DNA from: Priapulus caudatus
Taxonomy: Eukaryota
DNA: 57,812 nucleotides
Assembly (NCBI RefSeq): GCF_000485595.1
Contig: NW_014577064.1
Coordinates: forward strand, 748,885 to 806,696
Direction: 5' to 3'
Part shown: one piece after another, positions 37,243 through 50,596 of the stretch
Position numbering within the stretch: position 1 is the stretch's first letter
How the letters are laid out: each line of letters begins with the position of its first letter
Translations under genes and position numbers: made by a program
Notes under the pieces: generated by a model
The model's input: only the letters and a program-made list of their open reading frames with translations
What the model was told of the DNA's origin: nothing
Databases searched by the model: none

Positions 37243-40200
37243 CGCGGAGTGACCCCCCCCCGCGGGATTTAATCCTGGCTACGCCACTGCTACAAATGGA
37301 TCATCGTATCGCTGCATGTGCATGTATACATGTGTGTGAGCTCGAGCCCACGGTACGAATTTTCTCTCAACACACCGTCTTATACCCCAAGCAGCAGAGA
37401 CTTCTTATAGGCCCTTCTTCTTCATACTGAGCCCGTCACACGACACCGCGGACTCTAGCTGTATCATCCATTCGCCCCGCTGCAGAGTTCTCCGCGCGCC
37501 TCGCTCTGAATGCACTACTTTGATTTCTTTGACTCAAACAGAACCTTCAAAACCACAGAACCAAAGCCCATTGTAAAATTCTGTTATGGCCTAAGATGCG
37601 TAGAATAAATAACTATTTCGATGACACTTTTACTCATTATAAGTAGATAAATATTATATATCTACATAATCTTGCAATCTTGTACATGTATTTCAAATGG
37701 TAAACAAGACTAACACTGCAGGTCTACTGTCTCCCTGGGTACGCGAACACTGTCTGGTACGGTCCGTATACCGGAACGTACCCTGTACTATCTAATATCC
37801 GGACCGTACCTCGCCACACTCCACTAACGAGTGAGGAAGTACGCCTACGCCTACGCCCTAACCCTAACCTAGACCATATCAGATAGTTACCCAGGACGTT
37901 CCGCAGTATCCCAGGCGAGACCCATAGACCCTATCAGCAAGTTACGCACACATACTGTCGTTAAATAACCAAAGGTGATTTTTACTCTTGCTCAGGTCTC
38001 AGCGTCAACGAGTACGTAATAGCTCTAGACTAGTCAAATTATGCCTTTATATAGTAGTCGCTCAGCGAGATGAAGTGATCCGACTAGATGGCGCATTATG
38101 GACGTGTTGTGGATATAGAAATCAATTAATCACCCTAAACCTAAACCCTAACACCTGAATTCTAAATAAAACAAAATTAACCACAAAAATAATAAAATAA
38201 ATAAGAGACAAAATAGCCAACAGAAGTCGTCCCCTAGCGGATCACTACCTCTCCCTTGTGCAAAATTTCTTATTATAGCTCCTTCCTCCTGCGACGGAGC
38301 GAAGGTCTACTCAATAAGTACGAGTACGTATACGTACCAGGAGTTAAGTAAAGACAAATTGTCTTTATTAACTCCTGATAGGCTGATACGTACGTATGTA
38401 GTATTACGAGAGCCCAGATGAGACTCGCTCATAACTTAAGATTAAGATGAAAATAACACATTTAACACAAAGAATTGAATTATAGTGATATGATATATTT
38501 ATATTAATAGTAAAATGTGTGTTTTTCATACGAAAATACATCAGAAAACTTCACTTATCTAACCGATCATAAACTAAAACAAATTATTACAGATGGCGTT
38601 TTGTTCTCTGTTGAAAGGTTTGTGAGTCGAAGCAAATCAAGAAGCAGCAAATCAGAGGAGCCCAATGGATATAACGTGTAGGAAAAATAAATTCGCGAGC
38701 CGGCGTCTATGAGTTCAGGGACACGAGTCTGCCCTCCACTGTAACCCCCAGTACCTAGTCTTTATGTGCCGGTGCCACGCTGAGGCAAATACTAGTAATC
38801 GTTACCGAGTTACGCGAAAGTACGTGAGTCACTGCCGGGAGAGACTGCCGGGAGAGACAGCACCTGGCTCCCTCGTGCAGTGTGCGAGAGTACGTACGTA
38901 CGCATGTCACGCGCGTACGCCCCGAATGTTCAACTCATTGGCACTTGGACCGTTGGAAAAAGCGCGATGAATTTACTACCAAAGTCTTAATGTTTATCTA
39001 TTCTTTTTCGCCTACTATAAGCCAGTTCGTAGTTACAGTCTGCGCATGCGCGAACTTTGCCACGAATTCTTCCGGGTCAGGTCATTTGTGACAAAATAGT
39101 TCGTATTTCGACAGCACAATACACATACGCATCTGATACGCATGCATCTGTGTGACTGTCGTTGCAATGCTACAGTCTTCGCGTGTGCACGTACACGTGC
39201 GTGCGTGCATGTGCAGGTATATGTTCGTTCGGAGTGCTGGCGTGCGTGTACACGTACCGTGCGCGCGTACGTGCGTGTACACGTGCGTGGTTGCGTGCGT
39301 GCGTGTGCACGTATACGTTCGTTCGGGTGTGCGTGCGTGTACACGTACCCGTGCGCGCGTACGTGCGTATGCACGTACACGTGCGTGCGTATGCACGTAC
39401 GCGTGCTGCGTGCGTGAGTGTGCACGTACACGTGCGTGCGTGCGTGCGTGCGTGCGTGCGTGTGCACATTTACGTACGTGTGTGCGTGCGTGTGCACATT
39501 TACGTACGTGTGTGCGTGCGTGTGCACGTACATGTGCGTGCGTGCATGTGCACGTAACTGCGCTGCGTGCGTGTGCACGTACACGATGCGCGCGTCGTGT
39601 GCACGTACACGTGCGTGCGTGCGTGGCTGTGCACGTACACGTCGTGCCGTGCGTCGTGTCAGTACACGTGCGCGCGTGCGTGTGTACGTACACGTGCGCG
39701 CGTGCGTGTGTACGTACACGTGCGTGAGTGCGCGCGTGCGTGTGCACGTACATGTGCGTGTGTGTGTGCGTGCGTGCGTGCGGGCGTGCGTGTGGCACGT
39801 ACATGTGCGGCGCTGCGTGCGTGCGGTGTGCGCGTGGCGTGTGTGCATGTGTGTGCGCATACACGTGCGTGCGTGCGTGCGTGTGCACGTACACGTGCGT
39901 GCCCCGTGCGTGCCGTGCGTGTGTGCACGTATACGTACGTGCGCGCGTGCGTGTGCACGTACACATGCGTGCGTGCGTGCGTGTGCACGTACAGGTGCGT
40001 GCGTGCGTGCGTGTGCACGTACATGTGCGTGCGTGCGTGCATGTGCATGTACACGTGCGTGCGTGTGTGCGTGCGTGTGCACGTACACGTGTGTCGTGCG
40101 TGCGTCGTGCGTGCGCTCTGCACATACACGTGCGTACGTCTGCAGCAATACGACGTGCGTGCGTGCGTCTGCGGTGACTGACTGGACACATTTTCACACG

Positions 40201-40263
40201 GCGATTGAGTCGCCCGACTGAGTCGCCCGATAAAATCGCCTAGTGTGTCCGGCCCTTTATGCT

Positions 40264-40644
40264 AGGCGGCACACGAGCGATTTTATCGCCGATCGCGGCG
40301 ATTAAAATCTCCACGAATTTAAGCGCCCGATCACGAAGGGGCACGACGTAGCGAATTTAATCGCCCCGCATTTTAACATCAACATGAATCAACACACGTC
40401 GATTGGTTTAGAAAAGCGATCGGGCGACAAAATACGCCGGACACGGCACACGAGCGAATTTGCCAGCGTAAATAATGCCGGCGTAAATAATCGCCCGAAA
40501 ATATCTAACTTTTGGATACGGCGATTCGTTGCGGGCGATTAAAATCGGCGTCGACGTGAACGGGCACACGGCAGCAGCGAATTTTTCGACGATTTTAAAA
40601 TTCGCGGCGATCGGCGATAAAATACGCTCGTGTGCACCATACCT
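40264..40644. mobile_element. MITE with long TIRs (Harbinger-like); copy at ~36634-37020
   Basis: GCACACGAGCGATTTTATCGCCGATCGC ... GCGATCGGCGATAAAAT(A)CGCTCGTGTGC. Confidence 0.7.
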
Positions 40645-40784
40645 TTAGAACCAAGTAAATATATTGTGGCTGAATTTGCTCTAAAAGTTGTGGCTATCGT
40701 TTTTTCTGAGCAACGCCGGGTACCCGACTAGTTATATATATATAATATATATATATATATATTACTATATCCTATTATCTACTC

Positions 40785-40821
<37 letters not shown>

Positions 40822-40830
40822 CAACACACT

Positions 40831-41712
40831 TAGTGTTTGTGATATTGAATATCACGTTGCAATCCTTCTTCACATACAGTACTTAATAGATTTCCCCATC
40901 TCTATGCTAAATTTGTTTTCGTTCTTTTGTTTACTAGCTCCGTCGAACTTGAAGATGATGTCTACCACAGCAGAGACAAGCAAGTCGGTTTTCCGCTTGT
41001 GGAGAATGGGAAATCTGCGGTAGTATTATGTGCTAATTGTTAGCATGTTTTTTCGTAATGCGTAAAAACTAGCACGCTAGTGGATATTATAACAGTAAGA
41101 AGTCACTAGAGTGGCAGATATACCTAAATTGCAAATCGATAGCGAAATCGATTGATCTAACCACACTCAGGCTCAGCGTAGACTGTTTACGTACGTTTTG
41201 TTGAAGCAACATGGGGACACAGCGCGTGTGGAATCGTCTGGCGTAATATAGTGTCACCGGGAACGCCGTTGCTGTTAGTTTAGTCGTGCGATTAGTGTGG
41301 CATCACTGCATGAGTGGTGATTTACTATAGCCTGCATAATTATAATGTACCTTAGCCCGACAGGCTGGCGACCGGAGTCTTCTAACCCTAGCAAGACCGT
41401 TTTTTGGAGCTAAATGTACCTGTAAAAAACACTACAGCTTCCTACAGTCGCAATTAAACAGCTGTGACACAACCATTTTATCTATTTTGTGCGTTTTTTC
41501 ATTCAATGAATTAATTCAATAAAAATAAGACAAGCAAATTAACATAATAGTATACTCTCAGCATACAGACTTCGTACAACGAAGATATAGCATTTTATCG
41601 TGATTTTTCTAAGGCTTTTGCAAGACTAAAAGTCGATTTTCCAGGATTCGAGATATATAGGCCAAAATACAATCTTTAATTATTAACAACAGTGAGTAAA
41701 CAAAAATATGTC
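40831..41712 (-). repeat. Inverted copy of 31675-32573; 41730-42030 is likewise an inverted copy of ~33040-33480
   Basis: tagtgtttgtgatattgaatatcacgttgcaatcc at 40831 is the reverse complement of 32539-32573; collinear to ~41712. Confidence 0.9.
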
Positions 41713-42246
41713 AATCAACCAATAGCTATTCCCCCCCCGGGATTAAATCTAAGGGGGCGGAGGGGCGGGTGCATATGTTGTTGGCATGTTTTATCGACTT
41801 GAAACAGTCCTGCTGGTTTAAATAAAGTAGCCTTCTAAATCTTAGGGGGGGCGACCCCCCTCATCGCCCCCCCCCTGGCTACGCCACTGATCTGTAGACG
41901 GATATAAACAGCGACGCTTTCGAGCATGCGCAGTGCACCACAGCGTGCACACACGGCGTGTCTTCTGCAGCGGTTACGGAACGTTAGTACGCTATGTGTT
42001 AGTACTCGATATGTTAGTACACGGATGTGTTAGTCGCTAGCTACGTCGCCAGCCACTCATCAGCTCAAGTACACGACGCAGCGAAAGCAATAGCAATACT
42101 GCCAATAGCAAGAGCGTGCATGATAATAGCCCAAGCCCCGTGTTACCGTGTACAGCAGGAGGAGCGAGACAGGAGGCACCTCTCCTCGACACGAGCGAGT
42201 AAACACGACCATTCTCAGCATCGGATCGCGTGTGTTTGCACGGGTT

Positions 42247-42418
42247 CAAGGATAGAGATGATGTCCAGTACGGTGATTGGATAGGATGATGTTAGTTGAT
42301 AAGATAGGACTGGACATCTTCTCTATCCCTGAAAAAGGATAGAGATGATGTCCAGTACGGTGATTGGATAGGATGATGTTAGTTGATAAGATAGGACTGG
42401 ACATCTTCTCTATCCCTG
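42247..42418. repeat. Two tandem copies (period 87) of an ~85-bp hairpin element
   Basis: Each unit reads AGGATAGAGATGATGTCCAGT...ACTGGACATCTTCTCTATCCCTG, i.e. ~22-bp terminal inverted repeats. Confidence 0.85.
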
Positions 42419-42985
42419 CCGTTTGCACGCACGCCGGCACACCCTCGTGGGTAGACCCTACTCGTGGACGTAGCGGCACGCGTGACCGGTTTCTGCTCCA
42501 CACTAACGTCACAACGAGCGCCACCAAACTCGCAAATCAGAAAACCATATATGTACTCACCTCAAACGTCAACACTGTCGGGTATCGTTTTCGAGAAGAC
42601 GGCGATGCCTAGCGTGCAGCCTGTGGCGACTGTATGTATGTGGAAATAAAGCACGGTGGAAACTGCACGCGGTAGACTGGGATGTGGTAAGGTATAGGCA
42701 GCGAATGCAACTCTGGTATAGGTGATTCCGATGACGGCGCAGCGCCGTGCGCATGCGCAGCCGTCGCGTATAAATTCAGATCGATATCTGCGTGGTGGAA
42801 AATTACCGCGTCACACAGCGACTGTCGGCGAGCGGTAGTCGCAGACGACGCGTGCAGGCACACGGAGCGAGTACGGATGTACTTAGCTTGCTTACGAAAC
42901 TTAGCTGTGATCACGACTGCTATTCGACGGCGGTTTGCGCAGGCAGCGCACCTATATTTCACAGCCGATGTTACTCCATGTGATA

Positions 42986-43124
42986 CTCCATTAGGAGTGT
43001 TCCCAACTTTAATGTCATTAATGGTTAGGGTTATGATATAGGTTAGGTTAGGGTTAGGGTTAGGGTTAGGATTATCAATCATTAATCATTAATGATATCA
43101 AAGTTGGGAACACTCCTAATGGAG
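42986..43124. mobile_element. 139-bp fold-back element with central (TTAGGG)n
   Basis: CTCCATTAGGAGTGTTCCCAACTTT...AAAGTTGGGAACACTCCTAATGGAG; ~38-bp arms with two mismatches. Confidence 0.8.
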
Positions 43125-43146
43125 CGTTATAGACATTTTAATGAGG

Positions 43147-43239
43147 AGGCGCGTGCGGGGGTAAGTATAGGCGCGTGCGGGGGTAAGTATAGGCGCGTGC
43201 GGGGGTAAGTATAGGCGCGTGCGGGGGTAAGTATAGGCG
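43147..43239. repeat. 22-bp tandem repeat x4
   Basis: AGGCGCGTGCGGGGGTAAGTAT repeated perfectly. Confidence 0.95.
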
Positions 43240-43304
43240 AATTATATAGGAAGCGGGTCTAATATGACTCTACGGAGAAGGAATATCACGCAGAACAGTT
43301 AGAT

Positions 43305-44292
43305 GGAGAGAGGAGGAGAAAGATGAGGGGTGGGAGGAGTAGGAGAAAGATGAGGGGTGGGAGGAGTAGGAGAAAGATGAGGGGTGGGAGGAGGAGTAGG
43401 AGAAAGATGAGGGGTGGGAGGAGGAGTAGGAGAAGATTGAGGGGTGGGAGGAGTAGGAGAAGAGTGAGGGGTGGGAGGAGGAGTAGGAGAAAGATGAGGG
43501 GTGGAGGAGGAGTAGGAGAAGATGAGGTGGAGAGTAGGGAGAAAGATGAGGATGGAGGAGTGGAAAAGATGAGGGGTGGAGGAGTGAGGAGAAAGATGAA
43601 GGGTGGGAGGAGAGTAGGAGAAAGATGAGGGTGGGAGGAGTAGGAGAAAGTGAGGGGTGGAGAGAGTAGGAGAAAGATGAGGGGTGGGAGGAGGAGTACG
43701 GTAAGGGTTAGGAAATGTGTGGAATAAAGAAAGGTAGGCGAAAAAAGGAGGAGGGCAGAAGAAGAAGAAGAAAGAAAGATGAAGAAGAAGTAAGAAAGAA
43801 GAATAAGAAGAAGAAGAAGCAAGAAAGAGAAGAAGAAGAAAAAAAGAAGAGAAGAAAAGAAGACGAAGAAGAGAGAAGAAGTAAAAAAGAAGAAGAAGAA
43901 GAGAGAAGAAGAAGAAGGAAGAAGAAGAAGAAGAAGAAGAAGAGAAGAAGAAGAAGAAGAAGAGAAGAAGAAGAAAGAAGAAGAGAAGAAGAAGAAAAGA
44001 AGAAGAAGAAGAAGAAGAAGAAAGAAGAAGAGAAGAAGATGAAGAAGAAGAAGAAGAAGAAGAAGAAGAGAAAGAAGAAGAAGAAGAAGAAGAAGAAGAA
44101 GAAGAAAGAGAAGAAGAAGCAGAAGAAGAAGAAGAAGAAGAAGAAGAAGAAGAAGAAGAAGAAGAAGAAGAAAGAAGAGAAGAAGAAGAAGAAGAAAGAA
44201 AGAAGCAGAAGAAGAAGAGAACGAGACGAACGAAGAAGAAGAGAGAGGAAGAAGAAAGAAAAAAGAAGAAAGAAGAAGAAGAAGAAGAAGAT
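43305..44292. repeat. 27/30-bp purine minisatellite followed by (GAA)n
   Basis: AGGAGAAAGATGAGGGGTGGGAGGAGT units to ~43700, then ~540 bp of GAA-type repeats. Confidence 0.95.
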
Positions 44293-44956
44293 GGAAAAGG
44301 AGATAGAAGCCCGGGGGGGGGGGGGTCACTATAATATGCCGGTATTTACCATGTGCGTTCGCAAATTTCCCTCGAATCGTTTCAAGGTCAAGGCACTGCG
44401 CCCACAGTATGGCCCCCCTCACGGGGGCCGCTCATCGACGAACACATATGTACCCACCAAGGCCTCGAACGGGCGCCCGTAGCACACTGAAACTTACAAC
44501 GCGCCGCTAAGACAAATGCATCAGTCTAGAGGAGCAGATGAGGCAAGACCTCTCATAGGGGGTAGGGTCCGGGTAGGAACTCTTTCATTGTGTATGAGAT
44601 AGGGTGGGATTATTTTCTATTGGTGTATGCAATAGGGGGGTGGTAGCTTTTAATTGTGGTCTGCAATAGGAGGTAGGGTTTTCCAATGTGCAGTTCGCAC
44701 TAGGGAGCCTATTATTTTTAGTGAGAACGCACATGGTGTAATACCGGCAAATATAGTGACCCCCCGGGAAGAGAAGGAGGAAGAGGAGAAGGAGGAGGAG
44801 GAGGAGCAGGGAGGGAAGAGAATGAGGAGGAAGAATAGTGTGTGAGAAAGGAGAGATATAAATGAGGGTGGGGTTAAGGAGCGAGAACAGAAAGAACTAC
44901 AGAGCAAGCATTGTAGCAGGGCAATGACCATGCAGTGTACGCATATGGTTACCGCG

Positions 44957-46670
44957 TGGGTAGGAGCTGTGGGGTGACCGGGTGGGGCGTGGGAGGGTAG
45001 GAGCTGTGGGGTGACGCGCGGTGGGCGCATGAGGGTAGGAGCTGTGGGTGACCGGTAGGGCATGAGGGGTAGGAGCTGTGGGGTGAACGGGTGGGGCACA
45101 TGAGGGTAGGAGCTGGCTGGGGGGTCGACCTGGTGGGCGTGGGAGGGGTAGGAGGCTGTGTGTGACGGCCGCGGTGGGGGTGCATTGAGGTAGGAAGCTG
45201 TGGGGGGTGACGCGGTGGGGTGCATGAGGTAGAGCTGTGGGGTGACGCGGTGGGCGGATGAGGGTAGGAGCTGTGGGGTACCGGGTAGGTGCGCATCGAG
45301 TAAGGAGCTGTGGGGTGACCTGGGTAGGGCGCCTGAGGGTAGGAAGCTGTGGGAGTGAGACGGCGGTGGCGGCGTGGGAGGGTAGGAGCTGTGGGTGACC
45401 GGGTGGGGCGTGTGAGGTAGGAGTCGTGGGTGACTGGTGGGGGCATGAGGGTAGCGAGCTGTGGGTGACCACGGGTGGGGTGCATGAGGGTAGAGCTGTG
45501 GGGTGACCAGTGAGATAGGGCGCATGAGGGTAGGAGCTGTGGGGTGACCGGGTGGGGCGCATGAGGGTAGGAGCTGTGGGGTGACCGGGTGGGGCGTGGG
45601 AGGGTAGGAGCTGTGGGGTGACCGGGTGGGGTCCTGTGAAGGGTAGGGTGGGTGAGGTGAACGGGTCGGGGCGTGGAGGGTAGGAGCTGTGGGTGCGGGT
45701 GGGGCGTGGAGGGTTACGGGAAAGGCTGTGGGGTGACGGTGGGGCGCATGAGGGTCAGGAAGCTGTGGCGATGACCGGGTGGGGCGTATGAGGTAGGAAG
45801 CTGTGGGGTTGACCTAGGTGGGGAGCAGAGGGTAGGAGCTGTGGGTGACGCGGTGGGGCGTATGAGGGTAGGAGGCTGTGGGGTGAACCGGGTGGGTTGG
45901 CGGCGGGCGGGCGGTGGTGAGGGTAGGATGCTGTGGCGGTGAAGGGTGGGCGTGAGGGTAGGAGCTGTGGGGGTGACCGGGTGGGCGCTGAGGGTAGGAG
46001 CTGTGGGGGTGACGCGCGGGTGGGCGCATGAGGGTAAGGAGCTGTGGGGTGATCGGTAGGGCGCAATGAGGGTGAGGGAGCTTGTGGGGTGACCGGGTGG
46101 CGTGGAGGGCTAGGAGTGGCTGTGGGTGACGGGTGGGCGTGTTGAGGTAGGAGCTGTGGGGTGACGGGTGGGGCGCTGGGAGGTAGGACGCCTGTGGGGT
46201 GACCGGAGTAGCGCTGGAGGGTAGGAGCTGTGGGTGACCGGGTAAGGCGCATGAGGTTAGGAGCTGTGGGGTGACCGGGTGCTGGGGTAGAAGGCAGGGA
46301 ACGGTGACATGAGGGTAGGAGCTGTGGGTGACGCGGGTGGGCGGTGAGGGGTAGAGCTGTGGGTGACCGTGGGTGGGGGGCGCCATGAGGGTAGGAGCTG
46401 TGGGGATGACCGGGTGGGGGTGGGGGTAGGCCTGTGGGGGTGTACCGGGTGCGGCGGCGGCCCGCGGTTGGGAGGGTAGGAGCTGTGGGGTGACCAACGG
46501 TGGGGTGCAATGAGGGTAGGGAGCTGTGGGGTGACATGGTGGGTGCGCATGAGGGTAGGAGGCTGTAGCGGTGAGCGCACGTGGGTGGGGCATGAGGTAG
46601 GGAGCTGGGGGTGACTGGTGTGGCGCGGCATGAGGGTAGGAAGCTGTGGGGTGACCGCGGGTGGGGCGTA
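44957..46670. repeat. ~37-bp G-rich minisatellite
   Basis: Unit GAGGGTAGGAGCTGTGGGGTGACCGGGTGGGGCGCAT, cleanest at ~45520-45630. Confidence 0.95.
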
Positions 46671-46892
46671 TGTGCGGAGTGCGCGGCCGACCATCAGTAG
46701 GGTAAGGCAACTACGATTTCATTCACCAATTCTTTCATTCATGCGTGCTGGAAGTTTTCTACGAACACTTTATCTGTTTATATGTAGTAATTTATGGAAG
46801 CATCTGTGTTAACATAACACTATAATAACATTTACAACCGAACGCTACGTTTTTATATAGGTGCCTATAAATTAATCGCAATTATGATCGCC

Positions 46893-46932
<40 letters not shown>

Positions 46933-47077
46933 GTATAATATATACATTTAATAAAACGACGCTTAAACGGTGTGTATTACTGAATATGTTTTACTAGCAG
47001 GACACCCGGCGTTGCCCGGGAAATAAAGCACTCAGTTGGTGAACACTTTGTTGAAAGAAAAATACCCCCAAAAATAT

Positions 47078-47078
47078 C

Positions 47079-47147
<69 letters not shown>

Positions 47148-47292
47148 TCTATCTATCTATCTATCTATCTATCTTTACTCTAGTCTATCTATCTATATAC
47201 TATCTATTTATCTATCTATCTATCTGTCTATCTATCTATCTGTCTGTCTGTCTGTCTATCTATCTATTTATCTATCTATCTATTTATATCTG
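47078..47292. repeat. (CTAT)n microsatellite
   Basis: Directly visible. Confidence 0.95.
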
Positions 47293-48026
47293 TATAAAAT
47301 TTGTATATTATAAGCAAGAATTTAATGAAATTCTCACTGTATTGCGACAAAGCATGCAATCACATATTATATTATGATGAATATTATAATAAACAAATGT
47401 ATAACAAACGATGTTCTACAGCATGTAGCATATATCATGCATTACAAATTTACAACGTACTTTTAGCCATATCTATAGCCTGTTTCAACGTCGGCAATCA
47501 ACGTTGAAACAACGTTGATTGCGACGTTGTTTCAAGGTTATTTCAATGCCGTTTGCGCCGTGGTAGTTCTTGTAACATAATCCTGAAAAGCGTCAGCGGT
47601 GGATCATCTTGCGGATGATAATTGTTAGATGACTTTAAAAATACCGCATTGTAATTCATGTAGAGCACGTTACTTGTAACGAATTAAACGAGAAAATATA
47701 AATAGGAAATCATTTGTTGCCCGCTAAGCGGTGCTGCGCGGACGAGAAAGGTATATAAGATTCTAGTAAATGGTAAAGATTGTGTAAACACCAAGAATGT
47801 GATGAAAGTTCTGTGTCTGTACAACATATCTTTTACGCAACTTTTCTACTGTGACTAGTTATACGATGGTTGTCTCTAGTGTGAGTGTGATTGTGACCAA
47901 TTTGTCAATTAGAGGATTTCTCTTAAGCCTTGCGTATCTCTCTGTATGACGATACGTAGAGCAGAAACAATAAGGCGATCAGGTGTCTAAGCGCTGGTTG
48001 CTCGCAAAAATGCATACACCTACTGT

Positions 48027-48269
48027 CAGGGCCGTACGCAGCAGGGGGCAAGCAGGCCGGCCGGGCAGTTGCCCGCCCTAGAGTATGCCTTTTAATGGAC
48101 AAATGCTTGTACATTTTTAGAAATAAAATAGAAATGTGACAAAAGGTTATCTAAATCATCAAAAATATTACACTCTTAAATAAAGAAAATGTGAAATTGC
48201 GAAACTTTAGGCACAGGGGGCATGGGAGTACTTTGCCCCTCTACAGAAAATTTCCTGAGTACGACCTTG
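48027..48269. mobile_element. hAT-like MITE with 8-bp target duplication; copy at 51705-51952
   Basis: CCTACTGT-CAGGGCCGTACGCAG ... CTGAGTACGACCTTG-(C)CTACTGT. The full 8-bp TSD is visible in the second copy. Confidence 0.75.
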
Positions 48270-49118
48270 CTACTGTGAGCATACTTGCAGTAGAAAAACA
48301 TCACGACGTGTTCTCATTGAGAACAAAATGTGCTCTGAAGTAGTATATATATAATGATAGTATTATATAGACGATTTGAAAACTTTATCGGAGAAGGTTT
48401 CGGCGTATAGATACACACAAAAGTGTGTGAAGCGAAGCGACGCGAGACGCTAACAGTAGGCCTACGGCAGCGCAAATGTTTCCTGGAACGAAAACACTAT
48501 ATTTGTTGCTGATTGCATAAATAATGTATATAAATATGATTTAACCAATTCACAATTTTGTAGCTGATAACATTGAATAATTTATAATTATAACTTGTTT
48601 TATCATATACAAAAGACATGTCAGAATCGCAGCACCGCACATCGCCAATAGCACAACATACTTCGAGGATTTGCTGCCACAACCCCCCCCCTGCCCCAAT
48701 ATATCTATATATATATATAATAAGTATATATATATAATATATATACATATACATTATAATGTAATACATTTACTGATGAAGTCAATGGGAACCCACTTAG
48801 TAGTAGTTATCCTAGTACTATCATCATGATTCGCAATCAAGACGGGGATCGGTTCCGAGTAATGATCGCCTCACTCCGACAAGGCATGAAAATCGCTATA
48901 ATAAAAATATGTTGAAAAAATAACACAAAGAATATGCAACCTGTGGTCGGTATTTTATGGGGTTTTTATTCTTTGTGGGGTGGTCTTTCGATCTTGCATA
49001 ATCAGCTTCCTTCATCTTCCTCACAAGATAATTTCTTTAATACCAACACATGGTTTTGCAACCGTGATCGAAAAAACGACAATATTGCGATTGACAACTC
49101 TGCGGTATCTTTAGACAG

Positions 49119-49375
49119 CAGGGTCGTAGGCTGAGCAAATTCCTAGGGGGGGGGAGCAAAATTTCATAACTCAACTGTGTAATGATGAGTGACGGGCGCA
49201 GCTCTTGATCGACGTCCATAGTGTGGTAGGGGTGGGTCTGAGACAAGGCTTTTACGGATAAGTAACCAGAAAAAGCACGTTAGTGTCATTTACGATTATT
49301 AGCTAAGCTTATTTTTTAATTTTGCTCCAAAATCTAGGGGGCATCTGCCCCCTGCCCCCTAAGGCTACGGCCCTG
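49119..49375. mobile_element. MITE ~590 bp upstream of the ro ATG
   Basis: CAGGGTCGTAG ... CTACGGCCCTG inverted ends; flanks GACAG and GACAA. Confidence 0.6.
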
Positions 49376-49965
49376 GACAAGAAGGCGAGGTGTAGCTATA
49401 GAACGCTGGCACACCATGGCACTATGCGTCGCCGCGAACATAGAGCAGTCGCCGCGACAAGAGCGCAGGATGCGAGTTACGAGAAGCAAAATTCATCAAC
49501 GCTCCCTAGAGGGAATGTTCCTTTGCAGTACGCTGTAGTTAGCAAGCGCGGTGGCGTCGGGATTTTTCTCCTGCGGTTTAACATTCGTTCGATCGACACG
49601 CCGACGTTACGTATGTATCGTGTGTAATAGGCAATGTGTCGGGGCCGGGGGTAATATCGTTTACAATTTTCACCTGCCACCGATGCTGGGCGGAGCTACT
49701 GCCGCCAGTAAATACGACGAGGAAGTGTCGCCGAACATACACCGTAATGTGATATCAGCCAAGCAGTACGGCTCTATCGGCTGCCGTCGGCGAGAGGAGA
49801 GGTCATACGTTACGATTCCATCGCACGTGATTCTTCACTGCTAGACGCATGTTGTCGCGAGCACGTTAAGGTCGCGCCGCGGAATGCGTCTCTGATCTCT
49901 ACACAAATATAAAAAATTAAAGCCCTAAAGAGGCTTCACGCTCCCGCTCTCGTCGGGACGATTGA

Positions 49966-50596
49966 ATGGCGACGCAAGCGGACCAGAAGAGACAGGCGTG
50001 GGAGCGCGGCTATGTTACCGGCACGTCGCCACCCTACGGACGGATAAGCGGACTAAGCTCCACCCGTGCAAGCGGGATAGCATCCATGGCTACTGCTTCC
50101 GTGCTGTTCCCCGCTCCACGACCTAACAAGCTTCGGCTGCAGCAGGATGGTAGCCGATCGGCATTCGTTCCCATCCGTAAAGGGACGGGACCGCTGCTTC
50201 TGTCACACGAGTTGGACTCTTGCGACACTCACTCGTCACAGCGACGCGGCGGCTATGACGACAGTCACGATAGTCAGACGAGTAACAACAGAAGCTGCAC
50301 CGCGTCGCCAAGAAACGTCGGCCGCCCGTCGACGCCATGCTTCGACTCGACACCGGCGCAAAAGACGTCTGCAGTTGAACCGAGATGGACAGATGTGGCA
50401 GCGCGTAGCAACTGCGGAATGGCGAGCCATGTCAACGAGCAAGCGAACGCGACGTCGGCTCGGCTGCCGTATACAGCCCGCATGGCGACAATCCTGCCGT
50501 CAGGTGGCGTGCCGTACCACGGCTGCTGCTACACTGCAGCCAGGCCGACCTATGGTCACTCCGAGTCACCTTTTCTGTATGGTATCCAGAGCATGT
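49966..50596 (+). CDS. ro: rough homeobox gene, probable exon 1
   Basis: ATG-initiated, GC-rich, Ser/Pro/Ala-rich ORF with TATAAAA at 49908. The donor T|GTAAGC at 50597 is phase 1, matching the acceptor phase of the 54806 exon. Assignment rests on position and phase, not on a recognised motif. Confidence 0.6.

Noticed and set aside
35143..40221. Numerous 100-370 aa Cys/Val/Arg or His/Thr ORFs
   Set aside because: Stop-free GTGC/GTAC satellite open in several frames on both strands; no domain signal.
43286..46710. Lys/Arg-rich (protamine-like), Leu-rich and Pro-rich (extensin-like) ORFs
   Set aside because: Direct translations of (GAA)n and of the 27/30-bp and 37-bp minisatellites.
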